From positions 1 to 53,723 of the forward strand of contig CAYSMH010000004.1 of the NCBI GenBank assembly GCA_964432275.1: a DNA stretch of 53,723 nt, written 5' to 3'. The translations under genes and the position numbers were made by a program. This stretch comes from an uncultured Candidatus Saccharibacteria bacterium. GTDB taxonomy: Bacteria > Patescibacteriota > Minisyncoccia > Phycocordibacterales > UBA9973. The notes beneath the pieces are model-generated. The model saw nothing but the letters and a program-made list of their open reading frames with translations. It was not told the origin of the DNA and did no database searches. This document shows positions 8,613-15,222 of the stretch, in pieces (within the stretch, counting starts at the first letter, position 1; every line of letters begins with the position of its first letter).

Positions 8613-8903
8613 TTATAACTTTTCCAGGCTTTTTACCATTTGGTTGGAATAGGACATCAATGATAAGAATACAAGGAATATACCCAGAAGAATTCCTAAC
8701 ACTATTAATGGAGCCCATTTTGATCCATTAGGCTGACTTTCCGGTGAATTAGCCAAAGACATTAGTACTGAAATTCCAGAAATAAAAGTGCACCATGCAA
8801 AAGACTTGCGTCGATTTTTCCAGAGGGAAATCCGTTTTTCTATGGACTGCCTCATTTCCTTAGAAATGGGTACAGTCGAATCTGTTGTAGTTGATCCGCT
8901 CAT
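8613..8903 (-). CDS. Small two-TM membrane protein (96 aa)
   Basis: Two hydrophobic helices (WCTFISGISVLMSL and APLIVLGILLGIFLVFLSLM). Confidence 0.5.
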   Translation of the reverse strand: MSGSTTTDSTVPISKEMRQSIEKRISLWKNRRKSFAWCTFISGISVLMSLANSPESQPNGSKWAPLIVLGILLGIFLVFLSLMSYSNQMVKSLEKL

Positions 8904-8983
8904 ATGTTAAGTTTTCAAATACATTACAACCCAAACTTGACTTTGTCAATGAAAAAATATAATGTGTTTGGAAATTTATACCA

Positions 8984-9220
8984 ATGGCAAATATTAAAAT
9001 TAAAGACATTGTGCTCAAAGCTGGTGCTGATATCAAAAAAGGTAAAAAGTATCGCATTCTTGAGAAACATGTCCAAAACAGTACTGTAACTTCATTTCTT
9101 GTTGAACAGGTTCAGCCGGGTCTTCAAACAATAGAAAATAGAGGGGAGAAGAGTTTTATAAGTTCAAATAATACTGAACTGTTGCTGATAGAACAGGAAG
9201 AAGATTTGTACTTTGTGTAA
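8984..9220 (+). CDS. Hypothetical protein (78 aa)
   Basis: ORF downstream of TTGACT (8937-8942) and TATAAT (8958-8963). Confidence 0.45.
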   Translation: MANIKIKDIVLKAGADIKKGKKYRILEKHVQNSTVTSFLVEQVQPGLQTIENRGEKSFISSNNTELLLIEQEEDLYFV

Positions 9221-9299
9221 TTTAATACGCTTAACAAAAGAATCCACATTGATGGATTCTTTTTACATAGTTTGGCTAATACATTATTTCGTACCAAAT

Positions 9300-9342
9300 C
9301 TTCACAACATTCATGTGCTTCAAACGATAAAGAATGTTCGAG
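9300..9342 (+). repeat. Island motif, degenerate copy with upstream flank
   Basis: CTTCACAACATTCATGTGCTTCAAACGATAAAGAATGTTCGAG. The first 11 nt are identical to 16391-16401, next to tRNA-Asn. Confidence 0.6.
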
Positions 9343-9370
9343 ATATAGTGGTGAATGATATAATTATTTT

Positions 9371-9970
9371 ATGATAGTTTCAGATAGAGAACGGCAAGCT
9401 CCGACAACAGTATCAGAAGCCGAACCATCTCATTTAGCGCGCTATGAGTTTGCCCGTCAGTTCCTTAAGGGTACCGATGAAGTGTTGGATGTTCCATGTG
9501 GAAGTGGGTACGGGTCATGTCTGATGTCCAAGGTAGCAAAAAAGGTCATTGGTATTGATATTCATGCAGGAGCGATTGAACATGCAAAAGAATGTTTCCA
9601 AGAACATAATATTGAATTTGCGGTTGGCAATATGGAGACGTTAGATTCCTTGACTGTGCCATTTGATGTCGTTGTCAGTTTTGAGGGTATTGAACACATA
9701 CATAATCAAGACGCATTTTTAGAAAGTATTGCAAGACTATTGAAACCCAACGGATATTTTATAATCTCAACTCCTCGAAAACCTCACGGCAGCCCATACC
9801 ACACAATCGAATTTAATCTAGATGAATTTAAAACTATCCTGTCTGAAAAGTTTGTTATAGAGAAAATGTACGGCCAAATTTACACTGACATATTTGATAT
9901 GACTGAAAGAGAAGAAGATCCTCACGCGTACCATCGTTTCAATTTTATTGCTGTTTGTAGACTTAAATAG
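9371..9970 (+). CDS. Class I SAM-dependent methyltransferase
   Basis: Motif I VLDVPCGSGYGS and a post-I acidic residue, plus LKPNGYFIISTP. Confidence 0.8.
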   Translation: MIVSDRERQAPTTVSEAEPSHLARYEFARQFLKGTDEVLDVPCGSGYGSCLMSKVAKKVIGIDIHAGAIEHAKECFQEHNIEFAVGNMETLDSLTVPFDVVVSFEGIEHIHNQDAFLESIARLLKPNGYFIISTPRKPHGSPYHTIEFNLDEFKTILSEKFVIEKMYGQIYTDIFDMTEREEDPHAYHRFNFIAVCRLK

Positions 9971-10014
9971 ACAATTTGAACCTTAAAACATATTCGAAAT
10001 GATATACTTACTCT

Positions 10015-10413
10015 ATGAAAAAGATAAGTTCAGATATTGAATCCTATAACAGAGCACTCTCAAAAGAAGATAAAGAGATAGGAACTCTGCTTGCTACTGA
10101 AATTACACAAACTATCCCTCATGCAGAGAATAAAATTTGGCATGGACATCCAGTGTGGTTTTTAGAAGGCAATCCAATTGTTGGGTACAGTAAACTTAAA
10201 GATTCAATTCAGGTCTTGTTTTGGAGTGGTCAATCTTTCGATGAACCTTTATTAGAAAATGAAGGTAAGTATAAAGCAGCTCAAATTCGATATACTTCAA
10301 CTGATCAAATTAATACTAAGGATTTGAAGCGTTTACTAACGAAAGCCGTAGAAATACAATGGGATTACAAAAATATTGTAAAAAGGAAAGGTGAACTTGT
10401 GAGACTTTCCTAG
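10015..10413 (+). CDS. DUF1801 (YdhG-like) domain protein
   Basis: 132 aa. The pattern KIWHGHPVWFLEGNPIVGYSKLKDSIQVLFWSG matches my memory of the DUF1801 family. Confidence 0.55.
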   Translation: MKKISSDIESYNRALSKEDKEIGTLLATEITQTIPHAENKIWHGHPVWFLEGNPIVGYSKLKDSIQVLFWSGQSFDEPLLENEGKYKAAQIRYTSTDQINTKDLKRLLTKAVEIQWDYKNIVKRKGELVRLS

Positions 10414-10435
10414 TACAAGGGGAATTGGTTTTATT

Positions 10436-10462
10436 TGCTCAAAATATTAGAGGATGTTCGAA
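10436..10462 (+). repeat. Island motif, left arm degenerate
   Basis: TGCTCAAAATATTAGAGGATGTTCGAA. Confidence 0.75.
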
Positions 10463-10467
10463 AGAGT

Positions 10468-10495
10468 TTGACTTTATCTATGTGTAGGATAGAGT
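10468..10495 (+). promoter_or_regulatory. Sigma70-type promoter
   Basis: TTGACT-N16-TAGAGT followed by GTAAACAA, then ATG 10511. Confidence 0.55.
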
Positions 10496-10510
10496 GATGT
10501 AAACAATAGT

Positions 10511-10705
10511 ATGGAAACAATTTTTGAACAACCGCCGACAAAAGCAGGCAGAGTACTTAAAAAGAGAATAGAGGAAGCAGGGATTGATGTAACTGTTACG
10601 TATGTAGAAGCAGATCAAGATCCTAAGCTTTTGATAAGTGATGATCTATATCCCTATACAGGGTATGAAAAGATCGAATCTTATTTAACAAAAATTACTG
10701 CCTAA
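10511..10705 (+). CDS. Hypothetical small protein (64 aa)
   Basis: ORF bracketed by a promoter and a hairpin terminator (AGCCG..CGGCT plus T-run at 10711-10735). Confidence 0.45.
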   Translation: METIFEQPPTKAGRVLKKRIEEAGIDVTVTYVEADQDPKLLISDDLYPYTGYEKIESYLTKITA

Positions 10706-10734
10706 TTTGAAGCCGTCTTAACTGGCGGCTTTTT

Positions 10735-10761
10735 TGCTCCGAACGTTAGAGAATGTTCGAA
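10735..10761 (+). repeat. Island motif
   Basis: TGCTCCGAACGTTAGAGAATGTTCGAA. The T-run of the preceding terminator runs into it. Confidence 0.85.
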
Positions 10762-10826
10762 CTTACTTGCAGTTATAATCTGGCACAATACTGTCACACT
10801 CTTTCATAGTGACGGTTTTTTATTTC

Positions 10827-10912
10827 AGGTTCGAACTTCTACTAAGGTAGGAAAAATAATCCTTACAAAATAACACTCAAAAAATTGCTCCAGTCGTTGG
10901 ATATGTTTAGAA
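10827..10912 (+). repeat. Island motif, long (about 85 nt) form
   Basis: AGGTTCGAAC..CTTACAAAATAAC..TTGCTCCAGTCGTTGGATATGTTTAGAA. It aligns with 12802-12887 and 13398-13483. Confidence 0.8.
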
Positions 10913-10992
10913 CCGTGAATTGGGCAGAGGTGAAGAGGGAATTGGAGTATTTCTCAAACTTTCTAGAGGGTGCTCGTAAGGCGTTACAATAA
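10885..10992 (+). pseudogene. Remnant of a recombinase-type gene 3' tail
   Basis: Reads LLQSLDMFRTVNWAEVKRELEYFSNFLEGARKALQ*, which is homologous to the remnant at 14251-14367. No upstream ORF. Confidence 0.55.
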
Positions 10993-11032
10993 AAAAAAGA
11001 ATACAACGTTTGTTGTATTCTTTAAAATTTTT
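10991..11032. terminator. Bidirectional terminator
   Basis: 9-bp stem GAATACAAC/GTTGTATTC extended by A/T pairs, flanked by an A-run and a T-run. Confidence 0.7.
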
Positions 11033-11036
11033 TCTG

Positions 11037-11744
11037 TTAGTAGAGCTTAACTCCTCCTTCAGGGGTGGGGAAATTAATTCCACCAATAAATGCCCAAACT
11101 GGCGCATTACTCATAATCATTCCATTTTCAGTGCCGCGAAATTGGTGGTCGCAGTTCGGAACTACTGTAAGTTGCGCCGAAGTTTTTTTGACGAGATTGG
11201 CAAAGATTTTACCCGCTTCTACCCCAACAACCTCATCATTTGCGCCGATTACAATAAACACTTCGCCCGAAAATTCGGAAAGGCCCTTTTCAACTGATTC
11301 TTGCCCAGCATCCCCAGATGGTGCCATAAGAAGAATCTTTTTAACTTCGGGATATTCATGGCAAACCGCTGCAATCGCAGAAGCTCCTGCGGAGAAACCC
11401 ATAAGATAAATTTGCGGATTTTCTGATTTACAGATTTCAGAAGCGTGCTCAATGGCATATTCTATGACTGCTCGTACATCGTCCTGAACTGATTCAGTGT
11501 AGTCGAGCTCATCATTATATTGGTTTCCCATTTGAATCACGGCTCCAACTTTTTCCTGCAGCGATTTTGCAAGGGTGAGGTATTTGTTGTTGTACCCATT
11601 GATGTCGCCGTTAAAGCCTGGATAGTTGAGGATAATAATTTCTTTTTCCTGGTTTACATGGATAGTGATGGGTATCTCAACATTGATTTTGTTGCCCGTG
11701 ACTGTTGCAGCCTTTCTTTTTACGGTAGTGATGTGTGTTGGCAT
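11037..11744 (-). CDS. Alpha/beta hydrolase fold protein
   Basis: Nucleophile elbow LMGFSAGAS (G-x-S-x-G) and C-terminal ND/H residues (GANDEVV, CDHQF). Confidence 0.72.
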   Translation of the reverse strand: MPTHITTVKRKAATVTGNKINVEIPITIHVNQEKEIIILNYPGFNGDINGYNNKYLTLAKSLQEKVGAVIQMGNQYNDELDYTESVQDDVRAVIEYAIEHASEICKSENPQIYLMGFSAGASAIAAVCHEYPEVKKILLMAPSGDAGQESVEKGLSEFSGEVFIVIGANDEVVGVEAGKIFANLVKKTSAQLTVVPNCDHQFRGTENGMIMSNAPVWAFIGGINFPTPEGGVKLY

Positions 11745-11846
11745 TGTTTGTTTTTTAAAGTTTTACAATTTTATATATAATACAACTATATATATAATAT
11801 GTCAAATAATCCGAGTTTAGAATTATTTTAGATTTTCTTTAACTAG

Positions 11847-12218
11847 GTGTACGGTTTTGGTATGGAACCAAAGAAGCCTTGGTACAAGGAAATGATGGAA
11901 ATTACCGATATTGCAGAAAAAATCAACGATGTTATGACAAACGGCACTTTTCAGTCGAAAAGACTCATACTTTCGCAGCTTGGTTCGAACCTAGTATGGA
12001 ATGATGAAAAACTTAGTATTTATAGCAAAAAATCGATAACCATTCTTGTTGAAGGTATAAAACGTATTAGATCTGAATTTCCAAAGTTCGAACCTAAAAC
12101 TTACGCTGGTATACAAAGCTTAAATGAAAAAAACGAGCCTCTCGACCCGATTTTTTCAGCACTGCTCCGAACGGTAGAGGGTGTTCGAACTTGTTTAGCG
12201 CTGAAAGAGGGGGTTTAA
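11847..12218 (+). pseudogene. 5'-truncated recombinase-like gene (C-terminal fragment; probably large serine recombinase family)
   Basis: ..SKRLILSQLGSNLVWNDEKLSIYSKK..PKFEPKTY..SALLRTVEGVRTCLALKEGV. The tail contains the island motif. No catalytic N-terminal part is present. The family assignment is from memory only. Confidence 0.4.
12084..12189 (+). repeat. Island motif, coding master-like copy inside the gene fragment
   Basis: AAGTTCGAACC...TGCTCCGAACGGTAGAGGGTGTTCGAA. GTTCGAAC octamers lie at 11983, 12086 and 12183. Confidence 0.75.
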
Positions 12219-12243
12219 GCCTTATAAATAAAGGGTTTTAATA

Positions 12244-12272
12244 TTGACATTTTTATATAAATATGTTAATAT
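12244..12272 (+). promoter_or_regulatory. Sigma70-type promoter
   Basis: TTGACA-N17-TAATAT. Confidence 0.6.
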
Positions 12273-12356
12273 AAACCTATAAGTTCCTTGAAGGGTTTTA
12301 GTGGTTTCCAAAGGTCCCAGAGTATAGGATTTGTGGTAACCACTAAAATCAGTTAA

Positions 12357-12752
12357 ATGAAATATTCAACACAATTCCCAAAAGGTGGCACCAATAAAAT
12401 GTCGGAGCCAATGCACATTACCGCAGAATTGAAATCTATAAAAAATCTTACCATTCAGGGAAGGACATACACCCGTGACGGCTACCAACTCAGATTATTG
12501 GACAAAGACGGACAGGAGATCGGTAAGTATAATTATATACGCGGGATGATGGAAGGACCACTATCTCCGAGTAAACCCGCAAAAGATGTTGTGGAGGATA
12601 TCAATTTATTACTGGAGCTTGCAGGAAAGAAAACAAGAATCTTGCCTGAACAATTCGTTCCTGTGATGAAAGAAGTAATCAGTAAATGTGAATCACGATA
12701 CGGTAACCCAATTCCTGATTCTGATTATGAAGTGTTGGTGATGTTTCAGTAA
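12357..12752 (+). CDS. Hypothetical protein (131 aa)
   Basis: ORF with a promoter, a structured leader and a downstream terminator. The start is uncertain; alternative Met codons lie at codons 15 and 19. Confidence 0.55.
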   Translation: MKYSTQFPKGGTNKMSEPMHITAELKSIKNLTIQGRTYTRDGYQLRLLDKDGQEIGKYNYIRGMMEGPLSPSKPAKDVVEDINLLLELAGKKTRILPEQFVPVMKEVISKCESRYGNPIPDSDYEVLVMFQ

Positions 12753-12763
12753 TGTTTTTTCTT

Positions 12764-12801
12764 TGAGCTCGGCGAACTACTCGTCGAGCTCATTTTCTTT
12801 T
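12764..12801 (+). terminator. Terminator hairpin
   Basis: TGAGCTCG..CGAGCTCA stem (8 bp plus inner pairs) followed by TTTTCTTTT. Confidence 0.65.
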
Positions 12802-12887
12802 AGGTTCGAACTCCAACAAAGGTCTCCCAGATAACCCTTACAAAATAAGCTTCAAAATTTTGCTCCGAACGTTAGAGGATGTTCGAA
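12802..12887 (+). repeat. Island motif, long form
   Basis: AGGTTCGAACTCC..CCCTTACAAAATAAGCTTCAAAATTTTGCTCCGAACGTTAGAGGATGTTCGAA. Confidence 0.88.
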
Positions 12888-12894
12888 AAAATAT

Positions 12895-13383
12895 CTAACT
12901 AACGTACCCCCAACTATTACCTTGGTCTAGCTTTTCTTCAGGTTTTGATTCTTTTTTGAGTTGCTCGCCTTCATCTTCTGACACACCGACTACTTTAACA
13001 GTCTCAACTAATTCTGGAGGTAGTCTAAACTCCGAACCCTCTGCGACTGCTCCTGTTTGTAGATATTTTTCTAAATCTGCATCAGGAATATCTACATATG
13101 AAAGTACACCACCATAACTTCCTAAAAATGGGAGAGCTATTCCTTCTAAAGAATTCGTATATGAGGGGTTTTTGCCGACTTCACCTTTTCTATTACCTCG
13201 CCAAAGTCTCATGAAGCCTTCTTTGACAGGAGGAAGACTAGATCGTATTTCATTAGCTTTTTTGATAAGTTCACGGATTCGAGGGCTGTCTATATATTCA
13301 TGCCCATGACTTATCAGTTTTCCTGTTTCAGGGTTTATTTCAAATTCATTAGAATCGGTAGCTGTACCCGGTTGTTTTTCCAT
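12895..13383 (-). CDS. Hypothetical protein (162 aa)
   Basis: Clean ORF occupying one module; no family recognised. Confidence 0.55.
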   Translation of the reverse strand: MEKQPGTATDSNEFEINPETGKLISHGHEYIDSPRIRELIKKANEIRSSLPPVKEGFMRLWRGNRKGEVGKNPSYTNSLEGIALPFLGSYGGVLSYVDIPDADLEKYLQTGAVAEGSEFRLPPELVETVKVVGVSEDEGEQLKKESKPEEKLDQGNSWGYVS

Positions 13384-13397
13384 ATTTTTATTATATC

Positions 13398-13483
13398 AGG
13401 TTCGAATTTCTGATAAGGTATCAAAAATGACTATTGCAAAATAAGCTTCAAAAAATGCTCCGAACATTAGAGGATGTTCGGAA
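13398..13483 (+). repeat. Island motif, long form
   Basis: AGGTTCGAATTTC..ATTGCAAAATAAGCTTCAAAAAATGCTCCGAACATTAGAGGATGTTCGGAA. Confidence 0.88.
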
Positions 13484-13545
13484 TTTGACGTACTCCGAAA
13501 AAGGAGTAAGGTAGGAGAAATTAACTAAACTTTAAAATTTGCAAC

Positions 13546-13725
13546 ATGGTAAACGTAAACGAAGAACTTCCGAAAAAACCTGAAGAGTTGGATCCAACAG
13601 AGCTCGTTCAGCTATACACAGATTGTGTCCAACATATAGCAAAAAATGGAGAAGGTGGTTATGTTGGTACTAATAGAACCTTATTAGCTTCCGAGCTAAT
13701 AGATAGGTTAGAAAATAAAAAATGA
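13546..13725 (+). CDS. Hypothetical small protein (59 aa; below the track cutoff)
   Basis: ATG..TGA reads MVNVNEELPKKPEELDPTELVQLYTDCVQHIAKNGEGGYVGTNRTLLASELIDRLENKK. A terminator follows. Confidence 0.4.
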   Translation: MVNVNEELPKKPEELDPTELVQLYTDCVQHIAKNGEGGYVGTNRTLLASELIDRLENKK

Positions 13726-13745
13726 AATTAACATTGGTTGTATTT

Positions 13746-13780
13746 AAGTCCTTGAATTTGATATTTAAGGACTTTTCTTT
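13746..13780 (+). terminator. Terminator hairpin
   Basis: AAGTCCTT..AAGGACTT stem with a T-rich tail that runs into the next motif copy. Confidence 0.6.
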
Positions 13781-13807
13781 TGCTCCGAACCTTGGACGAT
13801 GTTCGAA
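13781..13807 (+). repeat. Island motif
   Basis: TGCTCCGAACCTTGGACGATGTTCGAA. Confidence 0.8.
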
Positions 13808-13852
13808 TAGAAATAGGGAAGTAAGCGCAAAGTATTGAAAGATGTTGATATA

Positions 13853-13880
13853 TTGACAAAAAATGTATATATAGTATGAT
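13853..13880 (+). promoter_or_regulatory. Sigma70-type promoter
   Basis: TTGACA-N16-TATGAT. Confidence 0.6.
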
Positions 13881-13917
13881 TATTAAAAATATTTTATAAC
13901 TCAAAAATAAAAGAATT

Positions 13918-13953
13918 ATGAGAAGTATGAGAAGTATGAGAAGTATGAGAAAT
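13918..13953 (+). repeat. 9-bp tandem repeat at a start codon
   Basis: ATGAGAAGT x3 plus ATGAGAAAT, giving four in-frame ATGs (MRSMRSMRSMRN). Confidence 0.9.
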
Positions 13954-14199
13954 ATAAAGTTTTTCAGTGAACTCCACTCAAATATGTTTTTTTGGTTCCT
14001 TATTATGGGAACAGTTGGAATATCGGTTCTCACGACACCGATCTGGTTGTTTAATAGGATTGAAATGAAAGGTATTTCATACAAAGTACTATTTTTCATT
14101 ATCCTTGTACTAGTGCTATGCATTATTGCCTACATAATATGGGCAACTATAATTTTCATTTTAATGAAGATCTTCCATAGAACTGAAACATCTAAGTAG
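13918..14199 (+). CDS. Small membrane protein (93 aa, 2-3 TM) with MRS repeats at the N-terminus
   Basis: Hydrophobic helices FFWFLIMGTVGISVL and VLFFIILVLVLCIIAYIIWATIIFILM, with a promoter and a terminator present. Confidence 0.5.
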   Translation: MRSMRSMRSMRNIKFFSELHSNMFFWFLIMGTVGISVLTTPIWLFNRIEMKGISYKVLFFIILVLVLCIIAYIIWATIIFILMKIFHRTETSK

Positions 14200-14212
14200 C
14201 TCGAATAGAGCA

Positions 14213-14242
14213 AGTCCTGACGAAAACGTTAGGGCTTTTTTT
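14213..14242 (+). terminator. Terminator hairpin
   Basis: AGTCCTGACG-AAAA-CGTTAGGGCT (10 bp including 2 G-U pairs) plus T7. Confidence 0.65.
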
Positions 14243-14250
14243 ATTGCTTA

Positions 14251-14367
14251 AAGTGGCTCCCTCTAATGGACAAGTTCAGAACTCTCAATTGGGTTCAAAT
14301 TAAACGAGATATTGAGTTTTCCAAGATTTTTGAGATATATTCAGAGATGGTACTTCAGAACTTGTAA
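14251..14367 (+). pseudogene. Remnant of a recombinase-type gene 3' tail (motif equivalent at 14254-14282)
   Basis: Reads KWLPLMDKFRTLNWVQIKRDIEFSKIFEIYSEMVLQNL*, which is homologous to 10885-10992. Confidence 0.55.
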
Positions 14368-14370
14368 TAG

Positions 14371-14421
14371 AAAAAACCCACTGAATAGTAGATTTTTTCT
14401 ACAATTTTCGGTGGGTTTGTT
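14371..14421. terminator. Bidirectional terminator
   Basis: 12-bp stem AAACCCACTGAA/TTCGGTGGGTTT with an inner hairpin, flanked by an A-run and a T-run. Confidence 0.7.
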
Positions 14422-15069
14422 TTAGTCTTTTCCTCCTAATGCTTTGTATTTCGCATGAGCAGTAGTACTAATTTTACCACTATTATCAAGCCAAATCCTT
14501 TCAGCTTCTGAAGCGTTGGTAATACGTGCAATCTTATCCAGCATCAGTTTTTCATATCTTGCGTAAGCTATGTCACTAACTTTGCCACTGTTGTCTAACC
14601 AGATGCGCTCTACTTCTTCTGGTTTACTGATTTTTGCAATTTTGATTGACATCAGGCTTTCGTATTTTACATAGCCAGCATCACTGATTTTTCCATAGTT
14701 GTCTAACCAGATGCGTTCTGCTTCATTGGGGTCAGTGATGGAATTGATTTTAGTTAGCATCAGGCCTTCGTATTTCACATAGGCTACATCGCTAACTTTT
14801 CCATCATTATCTAACCAAATACGCTCGAGCTCTTTAATGCTAGTAGAGTATTTAATTTTATCTAACAGTTGAAGCTCTTCTTCAGGAGATAATACTTTAC
14901 GGGTAATTTTAATCTCTGAAGATTTTGCCGTACCTGTTTTAGCTGTTGCCACTGCTTCTATTTTTGCTTCCACCTTATTTTTTTCGGGACAGTCGCAATT
15001 TGATGAGCAGGATGTAAGAATGAAACTCATGCAAATTATTGCAAGAAAAAGATAGATAATTCTTTTCAT
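14422..15069 (-). CDS. Lipoprotein with 3.7 tandem 36-aa repeats
   Basis: Signal peptide plus lipobox (FILTSC). Repeat unit is ERIWLDNxGK[VI]SDxxYxKYExLMxxKIxxIxxxxE. Confidence 0.7.
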   Translation of the reverse strand: MKRIIYLFLAIICMSFILTSCSSNCDCPEKNKVEAKIEAVATAKTGTAKSSEIKITRKVLSPEEELQLLDKIKYSTSIKELERIWLDNDGKVSDVAYVKYEGLMLTKINSITDPNEAERIWLDNYGKISDAGYVKYESLMSIKIAKISKPEEVERIWLDNSGKVSDIAYARYEKLMLDKIARITNASEAERIWLDNSGKISTTAHAKYKALGGKD

Positions 15070-15187
15070 TGTTGGTTTATTTAATTGTTTGAGATTATTG
15101 AGTTGTCCCTAGTCCCAAAAGGAGTAGGGAAAACCCAACAAAATCAACAATAAATAACCAAATATCTCAAAGGACTACTATAAGTTC

Positions 15188-15216
15188 ATCATAGCATAAA
15201 ATAGTATAAAAGTCAA
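15188..15216 (-). promoter_or_regulatory. Sigma70-type promoter for the lipoprotein gene
   Basis: On the minus strand: TTGACT-N17-TATGAT. Confidence 0.55.
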
Positions 15217-15222
15217 GTATCT

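Noticed and set aside
12895-13383. A mini ADP-ribosyltransferase (R-S-E) toxin, read from LWRG .. TNS .. EGSEF
   Set aside because: The spacing between the putative R, S and E elements is far shorter than in known ARTs, and the ExE motif is not exact. The evidence is too weak without a profile search.
13728-14123. Minus-strand 131-aa ORF opposite the membrane-protein gene 13918-14199
   Set aside because: It runs through the promoter, the 9-bp tandem repeat and the upstream terminator and motif copy. It is a low-complexity ILL-rich translation. The plus-strand gene has proper signals.
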